The notes: generated by a model from the sequence alone, not told the origin. Numbered from the stretch's first letter, positions 30,396 through 41,015 are shown. The stretch: 64,000 nt of DNA from Cyanobacteriota bacterium (GCA_046052125.1 JBJOMY010000002.1:160001-224000); one strand, 5' to 3'. Numbers and translations: made by a program.

Positions 30396-30412
30396 TTCAT
30401 CACTTGATCAAC

Positions 30413-31486
30413 TCAAACCAGAGCCGCAGCCTTGCTTTTCGCCTGAGCCACCGCCCCAGCCAGCTCCGCAAGCACCTCACGGGTAGCGCCCAGATCGATG
30501 CAGGCATCGGTGATGCTCTGGCCGTAGGTGAGCTGGCTCAGGTCAGCGGGGATCTTCTGGTTGCCGGCCACCAGATGGCTCTCGATCATCACGCCCATCA
30601 CGTGGCGGGATCCCTGGCTGAGCTGTTGAGCCACCGCCGCAGCCACCTCGCCCTGACGGCGGTAGTCCTTATTGGAGTTGCCGTGGCTGCAATCCACCAT
30701 CACCCGCGCCGGCAGGCCGTCCTTCTCCAGGGCCGCCGCCGCCGCTTCGATCGCCTCGGCGTGGAAGTTGGTGCCCTGCTTGCCGCCCCGCAGCACCAGA
30801 TGTCCATCGGGGTTGCCGGTGGTGGTCACGATGGCGGCACTGCCGTCCTTGTTGATGCCCAGGAAATGGTGAGGGCGGGCCGCTGCCTCCATGGCGTTGA
30901 TGGCGGTGCTGGCGCTGCCATCGGTGCCGTTCTTGAAGCCGATTGGCATCGACAGCCCCGAGGCCATCTCGCGGTGGGTCTGGCTTTCGGTGGTGCGGGC
31001 GCCGATGGCGGTCCAGCTGATCAGATCGGCGATGTATTGCGGCACCACCGGATCGAGCAGCTCGGTGGCAGCCGGCAAACCCATCTCCGCCAGATGCAGC
31101 AGCAGGCCGCGGGCCAGCTTCAGGCCGGTGTTGATGTCGTAGCTGCCATCGAGGTGGGGATCGTTGATCAAGCCCTTCCAGCCCACGGTGGTGCGGGGCT
31201 TCTCGAAATACACCCGCATCACCACCTCCAGCTGATCGCGGTGACGCTGGTGCTCCTCAGCAATCGCTGCCGCGTACTCCTTGGCGGCGTCCACATCGTG
31301 AACCGAACAGGGGCCCACGATCACCAGCAGGCGCTGGTCATCACCCCGCAGGATCGCCTTGATGCGCTCCCGGGCTTCGCGCACCGTGGCAGCCGCCGTA
31401 TCGCTGAGGGGCAATTCCCGATGGAGCAGCGCTGGTGCCACGAGCGGCCGCGTTTCCACCACGTGGAGATCAGAGGTGGGAATCAT
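30413..31486 (-). CDS. aroF: Class I DAHP synthase
   Basis: GPCSVHD, RVYFEKPRTTVGWKG, IGARTTESQ, DCSHGNS. Confidence 0.93.
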   Translation of the reverse strand: MIPTSDLHVVETRPLVAPALLHRELPLSDTAAATVREARERIKAILRGDDQRLLVIVGPCSVHDVDAAKEYAAAIAEEHQRHRDQLEVVMRVYFEKPRTTVGWKGLINDPHLDGSYDINTGLKLARGLLLHLAEMGLPAATELLDPVVPQYIADLISWTAIGARTTESQTHREMASGLSMPIGFKNGTDGSASTAINAMEAAARPHHFLGINKDGSAAIVTTTGNPDGHLVLRGGKQGTNFHAEAIEAAAAALEKDGLPARVMVDCSHGNSNKDYRRQGEVAAAVAQQLSQGSRHVMGVMIESHLVAGNQKIPADLSQLTYGQSITDACIDLGATREVLAELAGAVAQAKSKAAALV

Positions 31487-31625
31487 GCCGGCAGCCGCAC
31501 AGGGGCAGGGGGATAGGAAAGCCTAAAAGCCCGATTGCAGCCGTTGTCACCAGATCAGGGCAGGGCGGCAAAGAACAATGGGTGTCACGTCACAGTTCGT
31601 CAGGTCCGCCGGACCCCTAGCGCCG

Positions 31626-34241
31626 ATGGTTGCCAGCAGCTTCCTTGCCGACTACCGCGCCGCCGCCGCGGAGCGCAAAGCCCTGGGCATTCCGGCCCTG
31701 CCCCTCACCGCCGCCCAGGCCCAGGACCTCACCGAGCTGCTGCAGGCACCGCCGGCCGGTGAAGAAGCCTTCCTGCTGCACCTGCTCTCCGAGCGCATCC
31801 CCCCCGGCGTGGATGAAGCCGCCTATGTGAAGGCCGGCTGGCTGAGCGCCGTGGCCATGGGCACCAGCTCCAGCCCGCTGCTGAGCCCAGTGGAGGCCGT
31901 GAATCTGCTGGCCACGATGATCGGCGGCTACAACGTGGGCGCTCTGATCGAGCTGCTCTCCAGCGCCGATTCCACCATCGCCGAAGCCGCAGCAATCGGC
32001 CTGAGCCGCACCCTGCTGGTGTACGACGCCTACAACGATGTGCTCGAGCTGGCGGCGAGCAACCCTTACGCCAAGCGCGTGATCGACAGTTGGGCAGCGG
32101 CCGAGTGGTTCACCGCCAAGCCCGAACTGCCCGCCGAGATCACCGTGACGGTGTTCAAGGTGGAGGGCGAAACCAACACCGACGACCTCTCCCCCGCCAC
32201 CCACGCCACCACCCGCCCAGACATCCCCCTGCACGCCACGGCGATGCTGGAAACCCGGATGCCCGGCGGCCTGGAGTTGATCAGCCAGCTCAAGCAGAAA
32301 GGCCACCCCGTGGCCTACGTGGGCGACGTGGTGGGCACCGGCAGCTCCCGCAAATCCGCGATCAACTCGGTGCTCTGGCACACCGGCACCGACATTCCCC
32401 ACGTGCCCAACAAGCGCAGCGGCGGCGTGGTGCTGGGCGGCAAGATCGCCCCGATCTTCTTCAACACCGCGGAAGACTCCGGCGCCCTGCCGATCGAGTG
32501 CGACGTGAGCGCCCTCAACTCGGGCGATGTGATCACAATCCGCCCCTATGCCGGCACGATCGAGCGCGCCGCCGGCGAGGCCAACGCCGGTGAAGTTGTG
32601 GCTCGCTTCGAGCTCAAGCCCAGCACGATCACCGATGAAGTGCGCGCCGGTGGCCGCATCCCCCTGCTGATCGGCCGCTCCCTCACCGACAAGGTGCGCG
32701 CCCAGCTGGGCCTCCCCGCCAGCGATCTGTTCATCCGCCCCTCGGCCCCGGCTGATAGCGGCAAGGGCTTCACCCTCGCCCAGAAGATGGTGGGCAAGGC
32801 CTGCGGCCTACCCGGCGTGCGCCCGGGCACCAGCTGCGAGCCGCTGATGACCACCGTCGGCTCCCAGGACACCACCGGGCCGATGACCCGCGATGAGATG
32901 AAGGAGCTGGCCTGCCTGGGCTTCAGCGCCGATCTGGTGATGCAGAGCTTCTGCCACACCGCCGCCTATCCCAAGCCGGTGGACCTCAAGACCCACGCCG
33001 AGCTGCCCGACTTCATCAGTTCGAGGGGCGGCGTGGCCCTGTGCCCCGGCGACGGCATCATCCACAGCTGGCTCAACCGCATGCTGATGCCCGACACCGT
33101 GGGCACCGGCGGCGACAGCCACACCCGCTTCCCCCTGGGCATCTCCTTCCCGGCCGGCTCGGGCCTGGTGGCCTTCGCCGCGGCCATCGGCGCCATGCCG
33201 CTCGACATGCCCGAATCGGTGCTGGTGAAGTTCTCCGGCTCGCTGCAGCCGGGCGTCACCCTGCGCGATGTGGTGAACGCCATCCCCTATGTGGCGATCC
33301 AGCAGGGGCTGCTCACCGTGGAGAAGGCCGGCAAGAAGAACATCTTCAGCGGCCGAATCATGGAAATCGAAGGCCTGCCTGATCTCAAGCTGGAGCAAGC
33401 CTTCGAACTCACCGACGCCACCGCCGAGCGCTCCTGCGCCGGCAGCACCATCAAGCTCTCGGTGGACACGGTGAGCGAATACCTGCGCAGCAACGTGGCG
33501 CTGCTCAAAAACATGATCGCCCGCGGCTACAGCGATGCCCGCACCCTGGCCCGCCGCATCAAGGCGATGGAAGCCTGGCTGGAGAACCCGGTGCTGATGG
33601 AAGCGGACGCCGATGCGGAGTACGCCGCCGTGATCGAGATCAACCTCGATGAGATCACCGAGCCGATCCTGGCCTGCCCCAACGACCCCGACAACGTGAA
33701 AACGCTCTCGGAAGTGGCGGGCGATCGCATCGATGAGGTGTTCATCGGCTCCTGCATGACCAACATCGGCCACTACCGCGCTGCCGCCACCGTGCTTGAG
33801 GGCCAGGGCCAGAACACCGCGCGGCTCTGGGTGTGCCCTCCAACCCGCATGGATGAGGAGATGCTCAAGCAGGAGGGCTACTACGCCATCTTTGAGAAGG
33901 CAGGCTCCCGCATGGAGATGCCCGGCTGCTCGCTCTGCATGGGCAACCAGGCCCGCGTGGAAGACAACACCACCGTGTTCTCCACCAGCACCCGCAACTT
34001 CAACAACCGCCTCGGCAACGGCGCCCAGGTGTATCTGGGCAGTGCCGAACTGGCGGCGGTGTGCGCCCAGCTGGGCCGCATCCCCACCAAGGATCAATAC
34101 CTGGCGATCGCCGCCGCCAAGATCGATCCCCGCGGCGCCGAGCTCTACCGCTACCTCAACTTCGATCAGATCGAAGGCTTCGAGGACAGCGGCCGGGTGG
34201 TGAGCGCCGAGCAGGAGGCGAGAGTGTTGGCAGAGGTCTAA
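31626..34241 (+). CDS. acnB: Aconitate hydratase B
   Basis: [38 protein letters not shown]. Confidence 0.98.
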   Translation: MVASSFLADYRAAAAERKALGIPALPLTAAQAQDLTELLQAPPAGEEAFLLHLLSERIPPGVDEAAYVKAGWLSAVAMGTSSSPLLSPVEAVNLLATMIGGYNVGALIELLSSADSTIAEAAAIGLSRTLLVYDAYNDVLELAASNPYAKRVIDSWAAAEWFTAKPELPAEITVTVFKVEGETNTDDLSPATHATTRPDIPLHATAMLETRMPGGLELISQLKQKGHPVAYVGDVVGTGSSRKSAINSVLWHTGTDIPHVPNKRSGGVVLGGKIAPIFFNTAEDSGALPIECDVSALNSGDVITIRPYAGTIERAAGEANAGEVVARFELKPSTITDEVRAGGRIPLLIGRSLTDKVRAQLGLPASDLFIRPSAPADSGKGFTLAQKMVGKACGLPGVRPGTSCEPLMTTVGSQDTTGPMTRDEMKELACLGFSADLVMQSFCHTAAYPKPVDLKTHAELPDFISSRGGVALCPGDGIIHSWLNRMLMPDTVGTGGDSHTRFPLGISFPAGSGLVAFAAAIGAMPLDMPESVLVKFSGSLQPGVTLRDVVNAIPYVAIQQGLLTVEKAGKKNIFSGRIMEIEGLPDLKLEQAFELTDATAERSCAGSTIKLSVDTVSEYLRSNVALLKNMIARGYSDARTLARRIKAMEAWLENPVLMEADADAEYAAVIEINLDEITEPILACPNDPDNVKTLSEVAGDRIDEVFIGSCMTNIGHYRAAATVLEGQGQNTARLWVCPPTRMDEEMLKQEGYYAIFEKAGSRMEMPGCSLCMGNQARVEDNTTVFSTSTRNFNNRLGNGAQVYLGSAELAAVCAQLGRIPTKDQYLAIAAAKIDPRGAELYRYLNFDQIEGFEDSGRVVSAEQEARVLAEV

Positions 34242-34250
34242 GCCAACACC

Positions 34251-35861
34251 CTGAACCAGGAAACCCTGCTGTTTGAACCCGCCGCCCCGGCCGCCGGGGC
34301 GCTGCGGGCGGTGTTGGCGTTCCCCAGCACCTACACCGTGGGGATCACCAGCCTGGGCTACCAGGTGGTGTGGGCCACCCTGGCGCAGCGCAGCGATGTG
34401 GATGTGCGGCGCCTGTTCACCGATCAGGGGGATCCAGCGCATCGCCACTGCGACCTCTTCGGGCTCTCCCTGAGCTGGGAGCTGGATGGTCCAGTGCTGC
34501 TCGATCTGCTGGAGCAGCAGCGCATCCCCATCTGGGCCGCCGAGCGCGGCGATGACGATCCGATCGTGTTCGGGGGCGGGCCGGTGCTCACCGCCAACCC
34601 CGAACCCCTGGCGCCCTTCTTTGACGCGGTGCTGCTGGGCGATGGCGAGCTGCTGCTGCCGGCCTTTATCGATGCCCTACAGGACTGCCGCGAAGCACCG
34701 CGCCCGGAGCGCCTGCGCCGGCTGGCCGCGGTGCCCGGCGTTTACGTGCCAGGGCTCTATGCCCCCCGCTACGGCGCTGAGGGCGAACTGCTGGCCGTTG
34801 AGCCCACAGAACCCGGCATCCCAGCCACCGTGGCGAAGCAAACCTGGCGGGGCAACACCCTCAGCCACTCCACGGTGATCACCCCGGAGGCGGCCTGGCC
34901 TTCGATTCACATGGTTGAGGTGGTGCGCAGCTGCCCGGAGCTCTGCCGCTTCTGCCTGGCCAGCTATCTCACCTTGCCCTTCCGCACACCGAGCCTCGAC
35001 GACGGCCTGATCCCGGCGGTGGAGAAGGGCCTCACCGCTACCCAGCGGCTCGGGCTCCTTGGGGCCTCTGTGACCCAACACCCCCAGTTCGGCGATCTGC
35101 TGCACTGGCTCGATCAAGACCGCTTCGAGGGCACCCGGGTGAGCGTGAGCTCCGTACGGGCCGCCACGGTGACGCCGGAGCTGGGGCGGATCCTGGCCAA
35201 GCGGGGCAGCAAATCACTCACGATCGCGATCGAAAGCGGCAGCGAGCGCATGCGCGAGGTGGTGAACAAGAAGCTCGCCACGGAGGAGATCTATGCCGCT
35301 GCCCGCTACGCCAAAGAAGGCGGCCTCACCGGACTCAAGCTCTACGGAATGGTGGGGCTGCCGAGCGAAGAGGAGACCGACGTGGAGGCCACCGCCGAGC
35401 TGCTGCTGGCTCTGAAGAAGGCAACACCTGGGCTTCGGCTCTCGCTTGGGGTGAGCACCTTCGTGCCCAAGGCCCACACCCCGTTCCAGTGGCAGGGGGT
35501 GCGGCCCGAGGCCGAGAAACGCCTGAAGCTGTTGGGGAAACGGCTCAAGCCCAAGGGCATCGAGCTACGGCCCGAAAGCTACGGCTGGAGCGTGATCCAG
35601 GCGCTGCTCTCCCGCAGTGATCGGCGCCTGGCCCCGGTGATTGCCGCCGCCCGCGGCCGCCACGAAAGCCTGGGGGGCTGGAAGCAGGCCTACCGGGCTG
35701 TGCGCGAGGGCGACGCCTCAGGCTCTGACCCGCTGCCACCCGCCTGGGAGGAGGTGATTCACAGCACCTGGAGCTCCGACCAGGTGCTGCCGTGGGAACA
35801 CCTGGAGGGTCCGCTACCGAAGACAACCCTGATCAAGCATCAGCAGGAGGCGCTGGCCTAA
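34251..35861 (+). CDS. Radical SAM protein (B12-binding-like N-terminal domain)
   Basis: CPELCRFC motif; FVPKAHTPFQW; start uncertain (CTG 34251 versus GTG 34311). Confidence 0.85.
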   Translation: MNQETLLFEPAAPAAGALRAVLAFPSTYTVGITSLGYQVVWATLAQRSDVDVRRLFTDQGDPAHRHCDLFGLSLSWELDGPVLLDLLEQQRIPIWAAERGDDDPIVFGGGPVLTANPEPLAPFFDAVLLGDGELLLPAFIDALQDCREAPRPERLRRLAAVPGVYVPGLYAPRYGAEGELLAVEPTEPGIPATVAKQTWRGNTLSHSTVITPEAAWPSIHMVEVVRSCPELCRFCLASYLTLPFRTPSLDDGLIPAVEKGLTATQRLGLLGASVTQHPQFGDLLHWLDQDRFEGTRVSVSSVRAATVTPELGRILAKRGSKSLTIAIESGSERMREVVNKKLATEEIYAAARYAKEGGLTGLKLYGMVGLPSEEETDVEATAELLLALKKATPGLRLSLGVSTFVPKAHTPFQWQGVRPEAEKRLKLLGKRLKPKGIELRPESYGWSVIQALLSRSDRRLAPVIAAARGRHESLGGWKQAYRAVREGDASGSDPLPPAWEEVIHSTWSSDQVLPWEHLEGPLPKTTLIKHQQEALA

Positions 35862-37189
35862 CGGATCCCGCAGCGCAAGCCCGCCAGCAGCACCCAGCCT
35901 GCGATGTTGATCCGGCTGTCGTACATGGGGATATCGGTGGCATGCAGCACCGCGAGCATGAACGCAGCCGTCCACCAGGCCCGCTCAAACACCGGAGCTT
36001 TCAACATCCCTTGGCGCACACCACGGATGTAAAGCCAGAGCACCAGAGCCACCACCAACACAGCCACTGGCAAGCCATGGCTGAAGGCCAGGTCCACGGC
36101 GATGTTGTGGGGGTGTCCGTGCCACCGACCGGTGCGCAACGGGTAGATCACGCTGAAGGCGGCCGCGCCCCAGCCGAGCCAGGGGCGCTCGGCAATCAGG
36201 CCGGAGGCCACACTCCACTGGGTGATCCGCAGCGACGCGAGCTTGCGCTGACTGTGGTGATTGAGGTCGTTGAGGCGTCCCCAGATCGACTGCGGAACAA
36301 GGGCACGGGCGGGCTCCTGCAGCAGCGCCGGCACCCCCGGCAGGGTGGCCAGCAACACCGGAAGCAGAGCCAGCGCCAATAACGGCAGCAACCAAATCCA
36401 GCTGGCAGGACCCGCCACCAGCGGCACCGCCATGAGCATCACCCCCCAGGCATTGCGGGAGTCAGTGAGAAGCATCGAGGCCACCTGAGCGACCACGAGG
36501 CCAAACACCACCAACAGGCGCCAGCCACTGCCAGCCATCCGTTCACGCCAATTCCGCCAACAGGCGATCAAGGCCGCGAGCAGCAGCGGCCAGCTCAACG
36601 ACAACCAGGCGGCCGTGATGTTGGCGTAATCGAACAATCCGGAGAGCCTTCCCGTGGGATTGCCGCCCTCCTTGAGATGCCAGATCACGGCACCGCCCAG
36701 GATCTGCCAGGGGCCATGCCAACCCAGCCACAGCTGACCAAGCCCGGTAACCAGCACCGGAACCGTGCCGGTGGCGATGGCCAAGCCAATCCGGCGCCGG
36801 GCCTGGGGATCGGATACATAGGGCTGAAAGCCCCAGAACCCCCAGAACAGCGGCAGCCAATTGCCCAGGCCCACCCAGGCCAGCATTGGCGAGTAGCTGG
36901 GGAACTCGGCGCTGCGCAGCGTCACCGCCAGGGCACCGGCCACCATCAAGGCCGCTACCACCGCGAGCACCAAGTTGACGCGGTCGCTCCACAGCGGAGC
37001 ACGTTTGCGACTGCCCTGGATCAGCGCCGGGAACAGCAAGAGCGCGGCGAACAACGCGCTGGAGGGGAGCACAAACATCCCCAGCTGAAAACAGCGCCAG
37101 CCGAGCGGATCGGCCTGAGGCGGCCGCTGGGCATCCAGGCGCTTCAGCAAGCGGCCCATACCTTGGCCAGCCGCGTGGAGGGCGCTCAC
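35858..37189 (-). CDS. O-antigen ligase family membrane protein
   Basis: RLSGLFDYAN, TDSRNAW, PWLGWG, HPHN. Confidence 0.85.
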   Translation of the reverse strand: MSALHAAGQGMGRLLKRLDAQRPPQADPLGWRCFQLGMFVLPSSALFAALLLFPALIQGSRKRAPLWSDRVNLVLAVVAALMVAGALAVTLRSAEFPSYSPMLAWVGLGNWLPLFWGFWGFQPYVSDPQARRRIGLAIATGTVPVLVTGLGQLWLGWHGPWQILGGAVIWHLKEGGNPTGRLSGLFDYANITAAWLSLSWPLLLAALIACWRNWRERMAGSGWRLLVVFGLVVAQVASMLLTDSRNAWGVMLMAVPLVAGPASWIWLLPLLALALLPVLLATLPGVPALLQEPARALVPQSIWGRLNDLNHHSQRKLASLRITQWSVASGLIAERPWLGWGAAAFSVIYPLRTGRWHGHPHNIAVDLAFSHGLPVAVLVVALVLWLYIRGVRQGMLKAPVFERAWWTAAFMLAVLHATDIPMYDSRINIAGWVLLAGLRCGIR

Positions 37190-38058
37190 TCGAACACCGC
37201 CGTGCGGCCGCGGTAAACCATCACCTGCCGTTTGAGATGCAGCCGCACCGCCCGGGCCAGGGCCAGGCGCTCGGTGTCGCGGCCCTTGCGGATCAAATCC
37301 TCCACCTCATCGCGGTGGCTCACGGACACGGTGGACTGGGCAATGATCGGCCCGGCATCCAGTTCCTCGGTCACGTAGTGGCCAGTGGCGCCGATCAACT
37401 TCACGCCGCGCTCCCAAGCGCGGTGATACGGCTGGGCCCCCTGGAAGGCCGGCAGGAAGGAGTGGTGGATGTTGATCACCTGGTGAAAGGCATCAGGCGG
37501 ATCAAACGCCGCGAGAAAGCGAGGTGTGAGCACCTGCATGTATTTGGCCAGGATCACCAGCTCGATGCCGTGCTCCGCCAGCAACTCGAGGTGGCGATCC
37601 TCCGCTTGCTCGCGGTTGTCGTTGCTGATCGGCACGTGTTCGAAGCGAGCCCCGAACTCCTCCGCGATCGGGGCCAGATCGAGATGGTTACCGATCACGA
37701 GGGGCACCTGCATCGGTAGTTCGCCGGTGCGCGTCCGCCAAAGCAGGTCCAGCAGGCAATGGTCCTGCTTGCTCACGAAGATCGCCGCGGGAGGGCGGTA
37801 ATCGGAGAAATTCACCTTGTATTGGCCGCCCAGCCGATCAGCCAGCGCCCAGGCGGTAGGGCAGATCGCCTCACGCGGCAGGCCAAAGCCCTCGAGCTGC
37901 CACTCGATACGGCTCAGGAACAGGCCAGCCCCCTGGTCGCTGTGATGATCGGCGTGCACGATGTTGCCGCCATTGGCAGCCACCCAACCGGCCAGCTCCC
38001 GCACCAGGCCGGGCTGATCCGGGCAGATCATCTGCAGGATGGCGGTGGCAGCCGTCAT
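37186..38058 (-). CDS. purU: Formyltetrahydrofolate deformylase
   Basis: ACT domain CPDQPGLV, LAKYMQVL, INIHHSFLPAF. Confidence 0.96.
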   Translation of the reverse strand: MTAATAILQMICPDQPGLVRELAGWVAANGGNIVHADHHSDQGAGLFLSRIEWQLEGFGLPREAICPTAWALADRLGGQYKVNFSDYRPPAAIFVSKQDHCLLDLLWRTRTGELPMQVPLVIGNHLDLAPIAEEFGARFEHVPISNDNREQAEDRHLELLAEHGIELVILAKYMQVLTPRFLAAFDPPDAFHQVINIHHSFLPAFQGAQPYHRAWERGVKLIGATGHYVTEELDAGPIIAQSTVSVSHRDEVEDLIRKGRDTERLALARAVRLHLKRQVMVYRGRTAVFE

Positions 38059-38221
38059 GGCGGGGCGGGGCGCAGCCCTGAAAGTTTGGATTCTGCCGGC
38101 AGGGGCCTACACAGATCCGATGGAGGGCCCCAGCACATCGATGCCGTTGCAGAGCGCGCCAGGGCCAAAACCCCTGGGTAAAGTCCCGCAATCCAGCTCC
38201 GTTCCGATGGCGGCTCAGTCC

Positions 38222-38713
38222 ATGCCTGCACTGATCAACCAGCTTTCCGCAAGCCTGCGCCGCCTGGCCCTGGTGGCGCTGGCCGTGGTGCTGAGCTTCG
38301 GGCTTACCGCCTGCGCCGGTGGCAACGCCAAGGCGCCCAGCCTCAGCGCCGATGACATCGCCGTGATCGAGCGCCAGGCCGAAGGTTTCCTCGCCGCCCG
38401 CGACCGCCTGCCCGAGCTCGCCACCCTGGTGAACGAGCGCGACTGGACCTTCACCCGCAACCTGATCCACGGCCCCATGCAGGAAGTGGGCCGCGAAATG
38501 CTCTACATCAACCAGCGCCTGCTGCCCGCCGAACGGCCGGAAGCCACCAAGCGCGCTAACGCCCTCAAGGACGCTTTCGCCGAGCTCGATGAGGCCGCCC
38601 GCCTGCAGGACGCCACCAAGCTGAGCAAGGCCTACATCAAGGTGGCCAGCGGCTTCGGCCTCTATGCCCAGATCCTGCCGGCCCAGGTGCAGGCCGATCT
38701 GAAGCAGAGCTGA
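38222..38713 (+). CDS. psbQ: Photosystem II extrinsic lipoprotein CyanoQ
   Basis: Lipobox LTAC; DWTFTRNLIHGPMQEV. Confidence 0.88.
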   Translation: MPALINQLSASLRRLALVALAVVLSFGLTACAGGNAKAPSLSADDIAVIERQAEGFLAARDRLPELATLVNERDWTFTRNLIHGPMQEVGREMLYINQRLLPAERPEATKRANALKDAFAELDEAARLQDATKLSKAYIKVASGFGLYAQILPAQVQADLKQS

Positions 38714-38774
38714 CCCGGCTCCTGCCATCCAGCCTCTGATCCCAACGCCCACCCACCGGCCCACATCGATCTGC

Positions 38775-39839
38775 GTGATCGGTGCCGGTGTGGTGGGCCT
38801 TTCTGTGGCCTGGCTGCTCAGCCAACAGGGCCACACCGTGCTGTTGATCGACCCGGCGCTCGAGGGCGGACAGAGCAGCGAAGCCGGCAGCAGCGCCGCA
38901 CTAGGACTGTTGATGGGCCAGGTGTTCCGGCGCAGCAGCGGCCGCGGCTGGAGGCTGCGGCAGCAATCCCTGGCGCTTTGGCAAGCCTGGCGGGCAGAGC
39001 TAGAGGAGCGGGGCGCACTGATCCCCTTCCGGCCGGGGCTGCTGCAGCTGGCCAGCAACCACGAAGAATGGCTGGCCCAGCAACGCTTGGCTGATCAACG
39101 GCAACGCCAAGGGCTGCCCCTGCAGCTCCTGGGGCCCGAAGCCCTTCAGGCGTTGCAACCCGCATTGCCCAGGAGCGCTGTCGGTGGCCTGCTCTCGCCG
39201 CTGGACGGACAGATCGATCCGCTGCCGGCAATGCAATCCCTGCTCAACGACGCCCGGCACCAGGGCCTGCAGACCTTGGCCTGCAACGCCCTGGCGATTG
39301 AGCGGGGCAGCGGCGCGCCGGAGCAGCGCTGGCGCATCCACACCGATGCAGGCCTTCATCACAGCCACTGGCTGGTGATCGCAGCGGGATTGGCGAGCCC
39401 AGCCCTGATCAGCCCTCTCGGCCATGAACGGCCCCAGGGCCCGGTGCTCGGGCAGGCCCTCGAACTGCAACTGCCTGAGGGCTGTGACGCCAGCGGCTGG
39501 CCCGGCAGCCTGAGCTGGGGCGGGATCAACCTGGTGCCGCGGCCGGGACGACGGCTCTGGCTGGGCGCCACCGTGGAGCCGGGCGTGACCGCGGGCTCTT
39601 CAGAAGCCCTGGCATCCCTGCGGGATTTGGGTGGCGCCGCACCGCCGTGGCTCCTCGAGGCGGAGGTGCTGCGGCAGTGGCAAGGTCTGCGGGCCCGGCC
39701 GGACAACCGCCCGGCCCCCCTGATCGAAACGCTGGAACCAGGCCTACTGCTCACCAGCGGCCACTACCGCAACGGCGTGCTGCTGGCCCCCGCCAGCGCA
39801 GCCTGGGTGGCGGAGCAAGTGGCAGAAGCACAGCCTTAA
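38775..39839 (+). CDS. FAD-dependent oxidoreductase (DAO/glycine oxidase family)
   Basis: IGAGVVG, WQGLRARP, GHYRNGVLLAP; the true start is probably further upstream. Confidence 0.85.
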   Translation: MIGAGVVGLSVAWLLSQQGHTVLLIDPALEGGQSSEAGSSAALGLLMGQVFRRSSGRGWRLRQQSLALWQAWRAELEERGALIPFRPGLLQLASNHEEWLAQQRLADQRQRQGLPLQLLGPEALQALQPALPRSAVGGLLSPLDGQIDPLPAMQSLLNDARHQGLQTLACNALAIERGSGAPEQRWRIHTDAGLHHSHWLVIAAGLASPALISPLGHERPQGPVLGQALELQLPEGCDASGWPGSLSWGGINLVPRPGRRLWLGATVEPGVTAGSSEALASLRDLGGAAPPWLLEAEVLRQWQGLRARPDNRPAPLIETLEPGLLLTSGHYRNGVLLAPASAAWVAEQVAEAQP

Positions 39840-39864
39840 CCAGCCCCTAAGACAGACTGAGCGA
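39835..39864 (+). promoter_or_regulatory. Putative Pho box
   Basis: CTTAACCA / CCTAAGAC / CTGAGCGA at 11-bp spacing upstream of pstS, resembling the cyanobacterial CTTAACCT repeat. Confidence 0.55.
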
Positions 39865-39923
39865 GCGAACCCTGGGTCATCGCCGCGGTCGCTCATCGAC
39901 CGGCTACCCCCCCCTTTCCCACC

Positions 39924-40922
39924 ATGCGCCGCACCACCACTGCCCGCGTCCTCACCGGACTGGCCGGAGTCGCCACCAGTTTGAGCCTTGTGTCCTGTTC
40001 GGTTGGAGGGGGCAACGGGCCGAGCGGCAACCTCTCCGGCGCCGGCGCTTCCTTTCCCGCCGCCATTTACCAGCGCTGGTTCCAGGAGCTGGCGAGTCAG
40101 GGCGTGAAAGTGAATTACCAGTCGGTGGGATCCGGCGCCGGCGTGCGCCAGTTCGCTGCCGGCACCGTGGATTTCGGAGCCTCCGATGCACCGATGAAGG
40201 CCGATGAGATCGCCAAGGTGAGCCGCGGCGTGCTGCAGATCCCGATGACCGCCGGCGCCATCGCCGTGGCCTACAACAACCCCGGCTGCGATCTGAAGCT
40301 GAGTCAGAAACAGCTGGCCGATGTGTTCCTCGGCAAGATCAGCAACTACAGCGAGCTGGGCTGCGCCGCCAAGAAGATCACCGTGGTGCACCGCTCGGAT
40401 GGGTCCGGCACCACTTACAACTTCACCAAGCACCTCGCCGCCATCAGCGATGGCTGGAAGAGCGGCCCCGGCAACGCCAAAACCGTGGCCTGGCCCACAG
40501 GCGTGGGCGCCAAGGGCAATGAGGGCGTGGCGGCCCAGCTGAACCAGGTGGATGGCGGCTTGGGCTACGTGGAGTCGGCCTATGTGAAGGGCAAACTCCA
40601 GGCCGCTGCCCTGGCCAACGCTTCCGGCACCGTGGTGAAACCCACCAGCGCCAGCGAGAGCGAAGCCCTCGCCTCAATCGAGCTGGGCCCAGATCTGATC
40701 GGCAGCAACCCCAACCCCTTGAAGGGTTACCCGATCGTCACCTTCACCTGGATCCTGGCCTACAAGAGCGGCAACGGTCCCAAGGCCGAGGTGCTGAAGA
40801 AGGCCTTCAACTTCATGCTCTCCGAGCAGGCCCAGGCGCAGGCCTCCCAGCTGGGCTACGTGACCATGCCAGCAGCCGTGATCGAAAAAGCCAAAGCCGC
40901 CGTCGCCAAGATCGGCGAGTGA
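39924..40922 (+). CDS. pstS: Phosphate ABC transporter substrate-binding protein
   Basis: GAGASFP, YQSVGSGAG, DFGASD, HRSDGSGTT, YPIVTFTW. Confidence 0.96.
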   Translation: MRRTTTARVLTGLAGVATSLSLVSCSVGGGNGPSGNLSGAGASFPAAIYQRWFQELASQGVKVNYQSVGSGAGVRQFAAGTVDFGASDAPMKADEIAKVSRGVLQIPMTAGAIAVAYNNPGCDLKLSQKQLADVFLGKISNYSELGCAAKKITVVHRSDGSGTTYNFTKHLAAISDGWKSGPGNAKTVAWPTGVGAKGNEGVAAQLNQVDGGLGYVESAYVKGKLQAAALANASGTVVKPTSASESEALASIELGPDLIGSNPNPLKGYPIVTFTWILAYKSGNGPKAEVLKKAFNFMLSEQAQAQASQLGYVTMPAAVIEKAKAAVAKIGE

Positions 40923-40957
40923 TCTGTTCGGAGCGAAGCTCCTCCAATCCCAGCGCC

Positions 40958-40981
40958 AGGGCCCCTCGAGGGCCCTTTTTT
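40958..40981 (+). terminator. Intrinsic terminator of pstS
   Basis: AGGGCCC-CTCGA-GGGCCCT followed by a T run. Confidence 0.8.
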
Positions 40982-40990
40982 CATGGCATG

Positions 40991-41015
40991 AAAAAACCCC
41001 GGCCGAAGCCGGGGT
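40991..41015 (-). terminator. Intrinsic terminator of dnaK
   Basis: Minus strand ACCCCGGC-TTCG-GCCGGGGT-TTTTT. Confidence 0.85.

Noticed and set aside
30364..30400. Inverted repeat read simply as the aroF terminator
   Set aside because: No U-tract follows, and the arms and 9-nt spacer match CIRCE exactly.
32808..34448. 546-aa - strand ORF
   Set aside because: Antisense to acnB.
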